DNA of 64,000 nt, taken from positions 17,856,001 to 17,920,000 of the forward strand of contig NW_027361725.1 of assembly GCF_039654945.1 (NCBI RefSeq). Direction: 5' to 3'. The first letter of the stretch is position 1. Each line of letters starts with the position of its first letter. The notes below the pieces were generated by a model. It was not told where the DNA came from. It was given only the letters and a program-made list of their open reading frames with translations, and made no database searches. The DNA comes from Dendrobates tinctorius (taxonomy: Eukaryota). Made by a program: the position numbers and the translations under genes. Below are positions 12,759 to 24,553 of the stretch, one piece after another.

Positions 12759-13900
12759 TTAAAGGGGGGTCTGAAACCAAAAAATATATATTTTAACCTT
12801 AAATGCATAATTGCCTATCTATTGAATGTCAATCTAAACTCTTTTCTAATATACTTTAATTAAAAAGTTCCTACCATTTTCTCACCACTCTATTTTATTT
12901 ATTTATTTCTATTACTGCTTCGTCTTTGATGATGCTTATGTTTAGAATCCCACTGGATGCTGGGATAATCCAACGAGAAGAACACTGGGTCTACCAATCA
13001 AAAAAATATGTAGGAAAGCAAGGTAGATGTGCACATCTACCTTGCTTTCTTACAGATAGTCCAACGAGTGATGTCACTTGCAGGGGTAGCACAAGTCCCT
13101 GCTTTTCCTACACATTGGGTATTCTTCTTACAATGTGAACTGACAGTGCGCTCTTTTGCCAGCTTATTGCTTCTGATCAGAGCCGGCAAGCGAGCACACT
13201 GTCACTGCGCATATTGCACAGTGTCAAGAACCTACTGAGGATTTGATAACAGATGCATGCTTAGTAGAATAGGGACTAGCGCAATGCCTGAAATGGAGGA
13301 CACTGATGATGCTTCGTCTCAGGATGAGGGCAGAGGCAGTAACAGTGAGCACAGCCTCTGCTCCTGATGACAACTCGCTTGAATGCTCCAGCATGCACTG
13401 GTATTCGCAAATGAAGCATCAGGACAGGAAGTAGTAGGCAAAAAAATAAAGCAGTTATATAGATTAGATTAACCGTTGTTTTAATTTATATTTCACAAAT
13501 CAATAGAACACATGAAAATAAGCAACTTTGTAACATATTTTATGAGAAAAATCTACTTCTTTCTCGAGATGGATTTCATTTTACTTTCAATTCCTGTGTT
13601 TTATGCATATTTAGTGAAGACAGATTTTCCCATTACTGAGAAAAATAGCAATTGATGCTTATAAAATTCTATGGAGGGAGGACACAGACATTATATTGTA
13701 CATTCTCCAGAAATGACAGTTACAATTCTCCATAGAACTTTACTAGCACCAAATGCCATCTCCTATGAGAAAATCTGCATTCAATGCAGACAGATTTTAC
13801 CTGTGAATTGAAAATTTTGAGAATGAAAGATCAGTTCAAGAGGAGAAAGAAGTGGATTTGTCTAATAATATATATTACAAGTATACTATTGATTTATGTA
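12759..13900. mobile_element. Degraded Kolobok/T2-type MITE fragments
   Basis: TTAA-AGGGG start; inverted similarity between ~13530-13640 and ~13770-13880. Confidence 0.45.
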
Positions 13901-13959
13901 ATAAAAATACAAATAAATATTGTTCTCTAGAAGAGTTGGTAAAAATTCCTTCAAAATAA

Positions 13960-14455
13960 TGTGAGACAACACAAATAATATAAAATTGCTCAATAAATGC
14001 AAAATGGGTATCTGAAACATACTTTCTGGTCAATTAGACTGACCAGAACCCCCCTATGATTCCAACTCAAGTTTCGCTTTGGTGTCCTTGAGAAAGCCAA
14101 TGGAGATACAAATGTTGGAGTCATAGAGGGTTCCTGGTCAGTCTATTTAATCAGACGGTATGTTTACATTGATAGTGCTGTTATTTCTCTCTGTTATACT
14201 GTAAATTTGTGTTTTTATTGAAACTTTCCTTCACTATATTCATGTATGTTGCAAATTTATATGGTTCCATAGGTTATTATTGGTATCAATGTATACGTCC
14301 AGTTAATCGATACTAAACATTGGCCTCTTTATTTGATACTTTTTTTTCTCAAGAACGGTGTTTTGCGCCCCATGCATTTTACATTTTTACATGCTGAATT
14401 CTCTAATAAAATTATACTTTTTATATTAATACTTGAGTGGCTATTCTATTCTTTC
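13960..14455. mobile_element. Penelope-like inverted terminal-repeat pair with hammerhead remnant
   Basis: Inverted repeat 14022-14066 vs 14113-14164; centre CTTGAGAAAGCC..GGAGATAC..GTTGGA; AATAAA-containing tail near 14405. Confidence 0.45.
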
Positions 14456-15210
14456 TAGGTTTCGCCTCCTCCTGAAAAGTGCCTTACTACCTCATCCCAG
14501 TTCTGAAATTGCCTCTCAAGCCATTTCATTGCCAGGAGATATATACCGCTTGTAGTAAAAATCTGACATTACCCTTAGTCCTCCCTCATTTGTCGCTAAA
14601 ATTGGGATGGCAATGGTATGGGAATCATAACAGGTGATAAAAGGATGAGAGGTCACCTCACCCAAGGGGCTCCTTCAGAATACAAGGTCTACATTGGCCA
14701 TACATATTGCTTTTATGGTGTATATAGCTTCACACTACACATGGATAATGGAGTAGTAGATTGTCTGCTAGAAGCAAAATTGCCAGATGGCTCTGGCTGC
14801 AGCAATGCATTACGAGAGCCAGAGGCAGTGAAAGGGTTTCCTCTTCTAAAAGCCTTAAAAAAATCATGTGAAATCCTCCGGATTTAACTGAGGCAGCACA
14901 ATTTTGGAGCCATATCCTCAGACATCACTCTGTTTTATGACGTCTCCATCAGCCTCTCTGCAGCTCGCTCTGTGAGCAGCTGTCATTAACCTTCATATTT
15001 ATGGCTCCTCCAAATGATGCTCTATTGGCTGAAACCATACAGCATGGGGACATGGCGAAGATGGACATCATCTGCAGATTAGAGATACCGAAGGATGAGA
15101 AACAAGGGAGGGGGGAAGTGATGGCAGTTGGGTGAAGGTGAAATAAGAGGTATATTCCAGGAAAATGGAGACTGAAAATGGTTAAATAAATCAGAGCAGT
15201 CCAAGACACA

Positions 15211-15333
15211 TGGGTTTTTTTTGCCTTCCTCTGGATCAACATGTTAGGGCAGGTTAGGACAGGATATGGGTTGAACTAGATGGACTTAAAGTCTCCCTTC
15301 AACCTTAATAACTATGTTACTATGTTACTATGT
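15211..15333 (+). mobile_element. Short 3' fragment of a second CR1 family with (TTACTATG)n tail
   Basis: GCCTTCCTCTGGATCAAC...GGTTGAACTAGATGGAC...TTCAACC followed by AACTATGTTACTATGTTACTATGT; AAGACA lies near both sides. Confidence 0.75.
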
Positions 15334-16091
15334 AAGACATCCTCAAGTGAGATACCGGGAGGTCTGAATAGAGGAAAAGCATAGGTAAAATATTCAATTC
15401 TATATTATTTTCAAAAAGTGTGTATAGGTTGAAAGTTTTGTTCTCTTTGCAATGAATGCTCATTTTATTTTTACTCCACTAGGTGGATACTGCAAGTTAT
15501 TGTATTTCCTTTTGATTTCTTTGTGCAAAATAATTTTTTTAAAAATTATTATCTTTTGCTGTTTAATAAATGCATCCTGCTGGCTTGCAAGCATTTAATG
15601 CACATTTTAAAATAGAAAAAAGTCAAATAAACTACTCTGAAATACCTGCTGTATCACACAAGTTGACATGCAGTGAATGTAATTTATTGATCGCTGTTAT
15701 TATAGATAGGGCAAATAGAGGCAATTAGCCAGCAGTCTACTCCACGACCCCTCTCCTTACAATCCTTCTAAGGTTTCAGCAAGACATGAGATAAAGCATA
15801 AATGGAATAAATTAACAGCACAAATGACTACGGGCAGTTTTACAACTTCTACTAATTCTTATTAGAAACGGGCAAGGCTCAAAATCGATAAAAAAAATAT
15901 TATTTGTTGGATAATAACATAATAAAAAGAATAAAAATAGATATTTAAAAGCCAGACATAAAAAATACTAAAGGTAGGTAAGTGACAATAACAAAACTTC
16001 AACACAGTGGCATGGAGTACACTTTACCTATTACAGAAAATGTGCCTGATGCGCGTTTTTCATCAAGCTGTGTCAGGGGGTTGATGAGAAA

Positions 16092-16124
16092 CTTGACGAA
16101 GCTTGATGCGAAACGCGTGTCAGG
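16092..16124 (+). ncRNA. Minimal hammerhead ribozyme motif (mirror copy at 16045-16077, minus strand)
   Basis: CTTGACGAA-GC-TTGAT-GC-GAAA-CGCGT-GTC-AGG; mirror reads CCTGACACAGCTTGATGAAAAACGCGCATCAGG. Confidence 0.6.
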
Positions 16125-16269
16125 TGCATTTTCTTTGACAGGCAAGGTGCACTCCATGCCACTGTGCCTTCCTACCATTATGTGAACATTTATGTGCTAT
16201 CTCTCTTTCCCTGTTTATCTCTATGTACCTTATTGACCCAGTACTGGCTATTTTGGCTTTTGAGTGTCC

Positions 16270-18658
16270 ATAGAATCATAGAATCATAGAATCATAGAAT
16301 CATAGAATCATAGAATCGTAGAGTTGGAAGGGACCTCCTGGGCCATCTGGTCCAACCCCCTGCTCAAAGCAGGATTCGCTAAATCATCCCAGTCAGATGT
16401 CTGTCCAGCCTCTGTTTGAAGACTTCCATTGAAGGAGAACTCACCACTTCTCGTGGCAGCCTGTTCCACTCATTGATCACTCTAACTGTCAAAAAGTTTT
16501 TTCTAATATCTAATCTGTGTCTCCTCCCATTCAGTTTCATCCCATTGCTTCTAGTCTTTCCTTGTGCAAATGAGAATAAAGTTGATCCTTCTACAATGTG
16601 ACAGCCCTTTAGATATTTGTAGACAGCTATTAAGTCTCCTCTCAGTCTTCTCTTTTGCAAACTAAACATTCCCAAATCCTGCAACCTTTCCTCATAAGAC
16701 AGGGTTTGCAGACCGGTCACCATTCTGGTCGCTCTTTTCTGAACTTGCTCCAGTTTGTTGATGTCTTTTTTAAAATGTGGTGCCCAAAACTGGACACAAT
16801 ATTCCAGATGAGGTCTGACCAAAGAGGAGTAGAGGGAAATAATGACTTCACGTGATCTAGACTGTATGCTTCTGTTAATACATCCTAGAATTGCATTTGC
16901 CTTTTTTGCTGCTGCATCACACTGTTGACTCATATTCAGTCTGTGATCTATTAGTATACCCAAGTCTTTTTCACATGTGCTGTCACTTAGCCCTATTCCT
17001 CCCATTCTATATATGCTTTTTTCATTTTTATTGCCCAGATGTAGTACTTTGCATTTCTCCCTGTTAAAAACCATTCTGTTAGTTGCTGCCCACTTCTCCA
17101 GTTTATTTAAATCTTTTTGAATCCTCTCTCTCTCTTCTCTAGTATTAGCTATCCCTCCTAGCTTTGTGTCATCAGCAAATTTAATCAGTTTACCCTCAAT
17201 TCCTTCATCTAAATCATTGATAAAGATGTTGAACAATACAGGGCCCAGGACAGAGCCCTGTGGTACCCCACTTGAGACATTCTTCCAACTGGATGTGCAG
17301 CCATTTACGACCACTCTTTGGGTCCGATCACTAAGCCAGTTATGAATCCACCTAACAGTTGCCTTGTCCATTCCATACTTAGTCATTTTTTCAATAAGAA
17401 TTGTATGAGAGACTTTGTCAAATGCTTTGCTGAAGTCAAGATATACTATATCTACAGCATTTCCTTGATCCACCCAATCAGTGATACCGTCATAGAAGGA
17501 AATTAAGTTAGTCTGACATGACTTATTAGTTACAAACCCATGCTGACTCTGTTTAATCACTTCATTCTTATCCAGGTATTGACATACATGTTGTTTAATA
17601 ATTTGTTCAAAGATCTTTCCTGGTATAGAAGTCAGACTCACCGGCCTATAGTTGCCTGGGTCCACCTTCTTCCCCTTTTTGAAGATAGGAACAACATTTG
17701 CTCTTCTCCAGTCTTCTGGCACTTCTCCTGTTCTCCAAGAATTTTCAAAGATTATGGAGAGGGGTTCAAAAATTTCTTCTGCTATCTCCTTCAGTACTCT
17801 GGGGTGTAATTCATCTGGACCTGGAGACTTGAATTCATTTAGGTTAGCTAAGTGTTTCCTCACTATCTTTCTGTTTATAGATATCCTGGATTCTTCTATT
17901 CCCTTAATAGGACAGTGAATAACAGTTGATGTTACATTTCCTTTCTGAGAGAAAACAGATGCAAAATAGGAATTTAAAAGTTCAGCCTTCTCAACATCCT
18001 GTCTTACCATTTCATCATTTTCATCCTGTAAAAATCCTATAGCATCTTTTACTTTTCTTTTACTTTTGACATATCCCCAAAATCCTTTATTATTGCTTTT
18101 GACATCTCTTGCAAGCCTCAATTCATTTTCAGCTTTAGATAATCTGATTTGTGCCCTGCAGGTTCTGCAGACAGCATTATATTCTTCTTTAGATATGCCT
18201 CCCTCTTTCCATTTTATAAACATTTTTTTCTTCCTTTTTAGCATGTGCTTAAGTTCTGTGTTCATCCATCCTGGTTTCCTTAAATGCTTCCTATTCTTCC
18301 CTCTTTTCGGAATTGTTAACAACTGTGCTTTGAGAATTTCATTTTTCAAGATTTCCCATCCCTCCTGGACATTTTTGTCTTTTAGGATATCCAGCCATTG
18401 GATCCCTCCAATTCTCTTTCTGAATCCCTTAAAATCTGCCTTTCTGAAATCTAACCTTGACGTCTGAGTCTTCACAGGTCTTCCGCCTCTAGTTATCCAA
18501 AATTCTAAAATAGCATGGTCGCTACCTCCTAGGGTCCCAGCCACTTTTACCTCCTCAACCATTTCCTCCCTGTTTATAAGGATTAGATCCAAGGTAGCAG
18601 TTCCCCTTGTTTTCTCCCTTACCTTTTGGAAGATAAAGTTGTCAGCAAGAGAGGATAA
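16270..18658 (-). mobile_element. CR1 LINE, copy 2, 5' truncated, intact 3' end
   Basis: (GATTCTAT)n tail at 16270-16320; identity to copy 1 ends at 18658. Confidence 0.95.
16379..18592 (-). CDS. CR1 ORF2 reverse transcriptase; uninterrupted, but most of the endonuclease is missing
   Basis: 737-aa open frame with QGSVLGP, FADD and the CR1 C-terminus (WNRLPREVV). Confidence 0.9.
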   Translation of the reverse strand: MDLILINREEMVEEVKVAGTLGGSDHAILEFWITRGGRPVKTQTSRLDFRKADFKGFRKRIGGIQWLDILKDKNVQEGWEILKNEILKAQLLTIPKRGKNRKHLRKPGWMNTELKHMLKRKKKMFIKWKEGGISKEEYNAVCRTCRAQIRLSKAENELRLARDVKSNNKGFWGYVKSKRKVKDAIGFLQDENDEMVRQDVEKAELLNSYFASVFSQKGNVTSTVIHCPIKGIEESRISINRKIVRKHLANLNEFKSPGPDELHPRVLKEIAEEIFEPLSIIFENSWRTGEVPEDWRRANVVPIFKKGKKVDPGNYRPVSLTSIPGKIFEQIIKQHVCQYLDKNEVIKQSQHGFVTNKSCQTNLISFYDGITDWVDQGNAVDIVYLDFSKAFDKVSHTILIEKMTKYGMDKATVRWIHNWLSDRTQRVVVNGCTSSWKNVSSGVPQGSVLGPVLFNIFINDLDEGIEGKLIKFADDTKLGGIANTREERERIQKDLNKLEKWAATNRMVFNREKCKVLHLGNKNEKSIYRMGGIGLSDSTCEKDLGILIDHRLNMSQQCDAAAKKANAILGCINRSIQSRSREVIISLYSSLVRPHLEYCVQFWAPHFKKDINKLEQVQKRATRMVTGLQTLSYEERLQDLGMFSLQKRRLRGDLIAVYKYLKGCHIVEGSTLFSFAQGKTRSNGMKLNGRRHRLDIRKNFLTVRVINEWNRLPREVVSSPSMEVFKQRLDRHLTGMI

Positions 18659-19589
18659 TTGATACTCTGCATATAATACAACTCCGTATTATTTTGTAGC
18701 ATTCACACAAGGGCATTTTGTTCTTACCACTTACCTACATTTAGTATTTTATATGTCTGACTTTTGTATGTGTATTTTTATGCTTTTAATTATTTTGCTA
18801 TCTAATAAAGAATGCATTTTTTCAATTGCTGTTGAGCCTTGCGCATTTCTATATTGGTATTCTGGAATTTATTGGTGCATTTTGACCATTTATACGAAGC
18901 TCCTTATACTCACATAGTTGTTTTATCACTCTCATTTGGGTCGGAGCTCCATTCTTAAGCTTGGCACTGTTAATTAAAGGTCACATACGCTTGTTTATAG
19001 GCTGATAGATCGGACAAATGTTTTATTGCCCAGCAGTGAAGCAGTTACAGCCAGTGCTGCAAGAACGTCACGTAACATTGCATATGGTCTTTACATACTC
19101 TCCGTTTTATGCCAAAGAACTTTCCAGGCTCCATTTATTCTCGCTGAGCACTCACATATATTGCAAGCATCCCACAGGCTATTATTAAATGACATGAAAG
19201 TGATTACAGCTCTTCAAGCAGCCGACCAGAATATTGCCTTTCCCCCTCACCTCCTTGCAATTTGTTTAAATAAACCCTTTCCGTGAATTACGGACATTGA
19301 AAGGGCACAGGATGATCCAGAACGTTTCCCCCACCCCCCCATCTTACTCAATGTATCTCACATTTTACTAATTGATGATAACTAAGCAAATGAATTGTGA
19401 GGTCTTATTTAATCTTGACAAAAGGATGGCAAATTGAATTGTTAATAACTATTCACAAGTAATGTCACATCATTTGCATCTTATTTTATACTATAGCGGT
19501 ATAGTATGGAAAAGGCACACATTTTACTTTATTTTTTTTATAGTTTTATTTATTTTAGATATCTGAAAAAAAATCCCAGGGCAGAGAAA

Positions 19590-21056
19590 AGAGAACTCTG
19601 GGAAACAAGTAATATAGGTTGTTCTTCCTTTTTTATGTTATATTTGTAACTAAGCTTTATAGGGGAAACAAAAAAATTATACTTGGTATCACCCCATACA
19701 AAATGGTCCAAACTAATCAAATCATAAATCATAATATCAATCAAATCAAATAAAATCATAATATTTCTCTCATACGGTGAACGCCGCAAGTAGGATCGAA
19801 ATATAGGATTTTTAATCTCGGCCCCTGCCAAAAAAAAAATTAAATAAAAATGCATAATATATAATAAGTACCGTGTATGCCCCAAAAATTGTTACAAAAA
19901 ATAAACACGCTTTTCACACAATTCTGCCTAAAATTAAAAAAAAAATAGCACTCAGAATATGGTGACATAAATCAATAAAAAACTACACGTTTTGCATCAC
20001 CATAGCAATACTAATCTGTAGAAAAAAATGTAACACGTCATTTTTACCATCTCCCCATAAGGATATACCGTACTTTACTCAATCAATAAAATAATACTAA
20101 GACTTCTAAAATAGGGGCTTCAACACATAAAATATGAAGAAAACCAAAAACAAATATCCTAAAATAAAAAAGTAAAAAATAAATTGCAAAAATTGCATGA
20201 ATGTAGTAATGATAATAAGGGTATTTAATAAACATAATTTTGATCAAAAGAATGTACAAGCCATCCCGCCAAGCCATAAAATATGAAGCAGAAAATAAAA
20301 AAAATAAATATATATTTTTGAGGATATTACTCAGATAAAAAATATATATACATATATAGATAAATAGATAATAGATAGATATATATGGTATAGATATATA
20401 ATAAAGAGATAATGATAAGGAACAACTACACTAACTAATACAGGAGTATAAAACTCACTGAATAGTAGAAAGCATTTAATAATGCAAAAGGACCTAATGG
20501 AAATAAAAACAATAAATGCACATGGGGCGGAGAAGAAATGTACCCATACGATACAATTTCAATAATTAATTGAATAAACTTACCATAATTAAACACTGCG
20601 CTCAATGTCTCCAATTACCCTAAAGTCTTATTTATATTAACTTACCAAAATTCACCAAATAATCTCGTACCCTCGCCACCCTTCTTTAAATTTTTAGTAA
20701 ATAAATGGAAATGTGTATATTTTAGTGGATACTTCTGCTTCATATTGGATGTGTTTCGTCTGTCATTTTTACTGCCAGTTGAACTTTCTTAAAAAACATA
20801 ACCCCCCCTCCCAAAAATGGCAGAATTGCTGTTTGTTTTCGATTTCATACCGCATGCAATTTTTGTTCCTGTTCTTCAGTAGATTATAAAGTAAAGCGAA
20901 AGGTGACATTAAAACCTACAACTTGTTCTGCAAAAATAAAAAACAAGCACTTGCAGGAATAAATTGACTGAAACATAAAAACAATTATGACTCTTGGAAG
21001 GCGAAAAGGAAAAAGCCAAAGGGGAAAAAATGAAAAATGGCTGCCTTTTCAAGGGG
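19590..21056. mobile_element. Degraded AT-rich non-autonomous TTAA-type (piggyBac-like) DNA transposon
   Basis: Ends ...CAAGGGG-TTAA (21057-21060); left boundary approximate. Confidence 0.45.
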
Positions 21057-21190
21057 TTAAAGGTGTGATTAAAAGAAAACATTTCTAAAAAAAAAACACT
21101 TAATATAAATCTTTCATTGACGATAATAATATATTCACTTTTATAGCGTATGTACAGTGCTAACTAGGAAACACTAAGGAAAAATATTAC

Positions 21191-21245
21191 CTGCGTTTTT
21201 CCACCATCGTTTGTGGTACAATAACTTCTAATAACAGTCAAAGAT
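21191..21245 (-). CDS. Candidate internal coding exon of an unidentified host gene
   Basis: Minus strand TCTTGTATTTTTTCAG|ATCTTTG...ACGCAG|GTAATA; only one frame is open: SLTVIRSYCTTNDGGKTQ. Confidence 0.55.
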
Positions 21246-22156
21246 CTGAAAAAATACAAGATGGCAATTTAGACATTTTAAGAATTTGCTAGTCATTTGT
21301 TTCCTTTTGCAATCTATAGGTAAATGTCCGAAATATGTCTCCGCCTGTTGTCATGTTGCTGTGGAGCTTTAATATTTTTTAATAATTATTCCTGTAGCTG
21401 GATTTTGCTGATATGAGCAGTGATGTTTTCATCCTCTCCTCCTGATAGAGAAAACTTTTTTAATTTTGTTCTAAGCTGCCATATATGGGTTTGTTTTGGT
21501 AGGACAAGTTGTATTTTCATGACATAATATAAACTATTGTTAACTTTTACTAACTCTTACTGGAGAGAATGTAAAATAAGCAGAAATTCAGCGTTTTAGA
21601 CGGCAATTACTGTGCAATACAAATGGCAGTTTAACCTTATTTTCCAGCAGGTCAATATGATTATAGGCCGTCGATACAAAATGTTCATGTTTTATCACAT
21701 TTGCACTATTAATCCTCCAAATCATTTGCTTTTCAGGTTGCCATAGTGTGAGAACCATAAATGTAACAAGGATACTAATTGAGGACTTGTTTTTTTACAG
21801 AATGAACAGCAGTTTTAATTATAGAGAAGTGCAAACCGATATGTTGTAAATAGAAACCATGTTGAATTTTATGAAATTCGCAGGGCCCAGGAAATTCCAA
21901 CAATTTGCAATTCAATTTGCATGAATCGACAAAAAAATGCCCGTTTATATATTTAGTTCATGTGTTTTCGCACTTCTCCATAGTTGTCATTCAGCCAGTT
22001 ACACTGACTGGCAGCCGGCTCTAATGCTGACCTATGGTCATTCTGTGCCAAGGGCAGTGTTACAGATACCACTCTCTATGCACAGAGCAATGGCTGAAAC
22101 CCTTCCAGAGCCACCCACGTCTGCAGGTTAATAGAGTTTTTTACATGACAGGTTCC

Positions 22157-23026
22157 TGTTATGAATGGGTCACCAAGTAGGATGGCAGGAACAGGCTAAG
22201 CCACCAGAAAACCAGAGAGGTTGATAACTAAGCAGATTGCAGACCCCTGATCCTATCAACACAACTAGTAGTAACCGTGGAGCATTCCTGTGATGCCCTA
22301 GACGCCTCGGCACAGCCGGAGAACTAACTAAGCCTAATGCCAGAAAGGTGAACTCTAAACTGCCCCGGAGCAGATCCCAAAGGAATTGACAGCCCCAAAC
22401 ATATAATGTCAGTGAGACAAGATGAGACACAAACACAGGCAGAGAACAGACTGAGCAAACGGTGGGGCCCAAGCTGTCTAGACAGGACCGGACAGAAAAG
22501 ATACTGTCTGCAATCACACTCTAAAAAAATCCAACACATCTGATATACAAAAAACCTGAGGCCACACGACCTCACCCCCGCTAGATCAGCACTCTGTTAT
22601 GAACTGGAAGCAAGGCAAAAGATGCTAACATAACAGGGGACTGAACAAACTGACACAAGTTGTAACATATGAGCGGGGCCCAGCGCTGCCAACAGCAGGG
22701 AGTACGCTGAACCCTAGCAACAAAGCAGAAAGCAAATAAAGGCACAACCAGATTAGATGCAAAGAATTAGCAAAAGAATCACTTAACTGAACCATGCAGA
22801 TCAGGCAGGAGACAAAAGAACTACAAATGCACAAGGAGGAAATCACCAGCAACCACCAAGGGAAGCCTGCTCAATTATATGCTCCCAGCCAGTAATCCCA
22901 GATTTCCAATTATCATCGTCAGGTGGCAAACTTCCATCAACCTGGCCAGCTCCACTACTCACAGTAACCACCAGAGGGAGCAGAGGGAGCTCTGGCTCAG
23001 AATTCCGAGCAAGGGAATTCACAACA
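22157..23026 (-). mobile_element. Solo LTR of the chromovirus family
   Basis: TGTTATGAATG...TTCACAACA; TSD GGTTCC (22151-22156 / 23027-23032); homologous to the LTRs at 53943 and 58950; inserted in a TGACAGGTTCCCT-TTAA MITE end. Confidence 0.9.
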
Positions 23027-24553
23027 GGTTCCCTTTAACCAACCTACATGTACTGTATTTCTCTTAGTGCCATTACTATCATTTTATGCTTTGTAATATG
23101 GTGATTGCAATATATTAAGAGGATGAAAATTCTGATGGGAGGAGGAAGAGTGCTTCTTTAATGCTGGGTCATGAGTTTATTCTTATTTAGATACACTGAT
23201 GAGAAAAAGGGTAACTAAGTTTTAACTTTGACTTTCAGGCTCCATATATCACAATCCACTACTGCTTCCAATGTGAGGCTACCATCACTTTATAGACAAT
23301 CATCTTGACTATCTCATTCATAAATATGATTTGCAACTATTAAGCATATGATTTGTTCTGCAGATTTTTGCCATGTCACTGCATTGTTACTATTTAGCTC
23401 CTGGTGGTGGAAAAATATTTTTCTTCCTGTATACTACAAAACACAACCTGTTCTTAAATTCCCTAGTAGCTCATTGTGTTTTTAGACTGATTCCCAAGTG
23501 AAAGGTCACTGGTTAGAATCGAGGAACAACCAAAAAGAAGGTTTTCTAAGAAAAGAGAAACCGCATCATCCAGCTCATCAATAGTGGTCTCTTGGCCAAA
23601 AAAATTGCCAAACTGCATTATGTGAGTGCCGTGACAGTTGAAAGAATACAAAATGAAGTCCATCCATCCATTCAGAAGGCAAAATATCAGAGTCAACAAA
23701 GTCCGCTCATCACAAGGTCTATCAGTTCTGGCACAACAAACATGGCAGTGAAGGTGGCTTGTATGCTTCATAATACTGAGCTCACATAACTTCATGGAAG
23801 CACTGTGCAATGCACATTACATAAGTCTAGAATGGTGGCCTGAAAAAAGGTAAAGAAGCCTCGTCTTCAATATTGTCATGTGAAGCGTGAAGCTTGAATT
23901 TTTAAAAAAGTATGAAAAGTGGACAATGGGTGATTTGAAGCAGTGAGATAAAAGACAATAGACTAGGCTCAGATAGGTGCAAGTGGGTCTGAAAAACAAG
24001 GGAAAAAAGGGCTAGTGGATAGAGAAATTGAAGGAACTGTCAAGTTCGGTGGAAGACTGATGATATAGGGTTGTTTCAAAGGCATTGGATACTTGACCAG
24101 GATCGAAGGTGGTCTCAATGTTGAGCTATATGTGAGTATCCTAGAAGATGAGTTACTTCTTATTCTCGATTACTATAGGTATGAAAAAGATGACATAGTG
24201 TTCCAGCAGAAAACAGACACAAAACATTCATTGAGACTGGCAAGTACTGTAAATGTGTAAGGATTCCAGATTTTCCATTGAGTCTGTTTGCCCTTGTCCA
24301 AGATGGAGTCAAGGATCTTGCCTAGTCCTGGAACTTCCTGTCTTTTCTGCTATTTAAGTCCGGGTTGGGTGTTCCTCCTTGCCTGAGAATTTTGTTGCTG
24401 TTGGCGCCTGAGCTTCTGCCTGTTTGCTTCTAAACTCCCTGCTGCTGCTTGTTACTCAGTGCTCTACCTCTCCACGTTCAGCTGCTTTCAATCCTCTGTG
24501 CGGCTTCTTCATCCTGACCTGGGTTACAATAGTCCAGGACTTCTAGTGAGGAG

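Larger units (their letters stand above)
15850..18860. mobile_element. Penelope-like inverted terminal-repeat pair, split by CR1 copy 2
   Basis: 15860-16077 is the diverged reverse complement of 16092-16167 plus 18716-18853; hammerhead-like motifs at the centre. Confidence 0.65.

Noticed and set aside
14460-15385. Possible decayed L1 ORF1 or pseudogene (EILRI*LRQ..ITLFYDVS)
   Set aside because: Similarity too weak to support without a profile search
4448-18467. Antisense ORFs over the CR1 copies (likewise over the Gypsy and hAT ORFs)
   Set aside because: Shadow frames of TE coding sequence; shared between copies only because the copies are homologous
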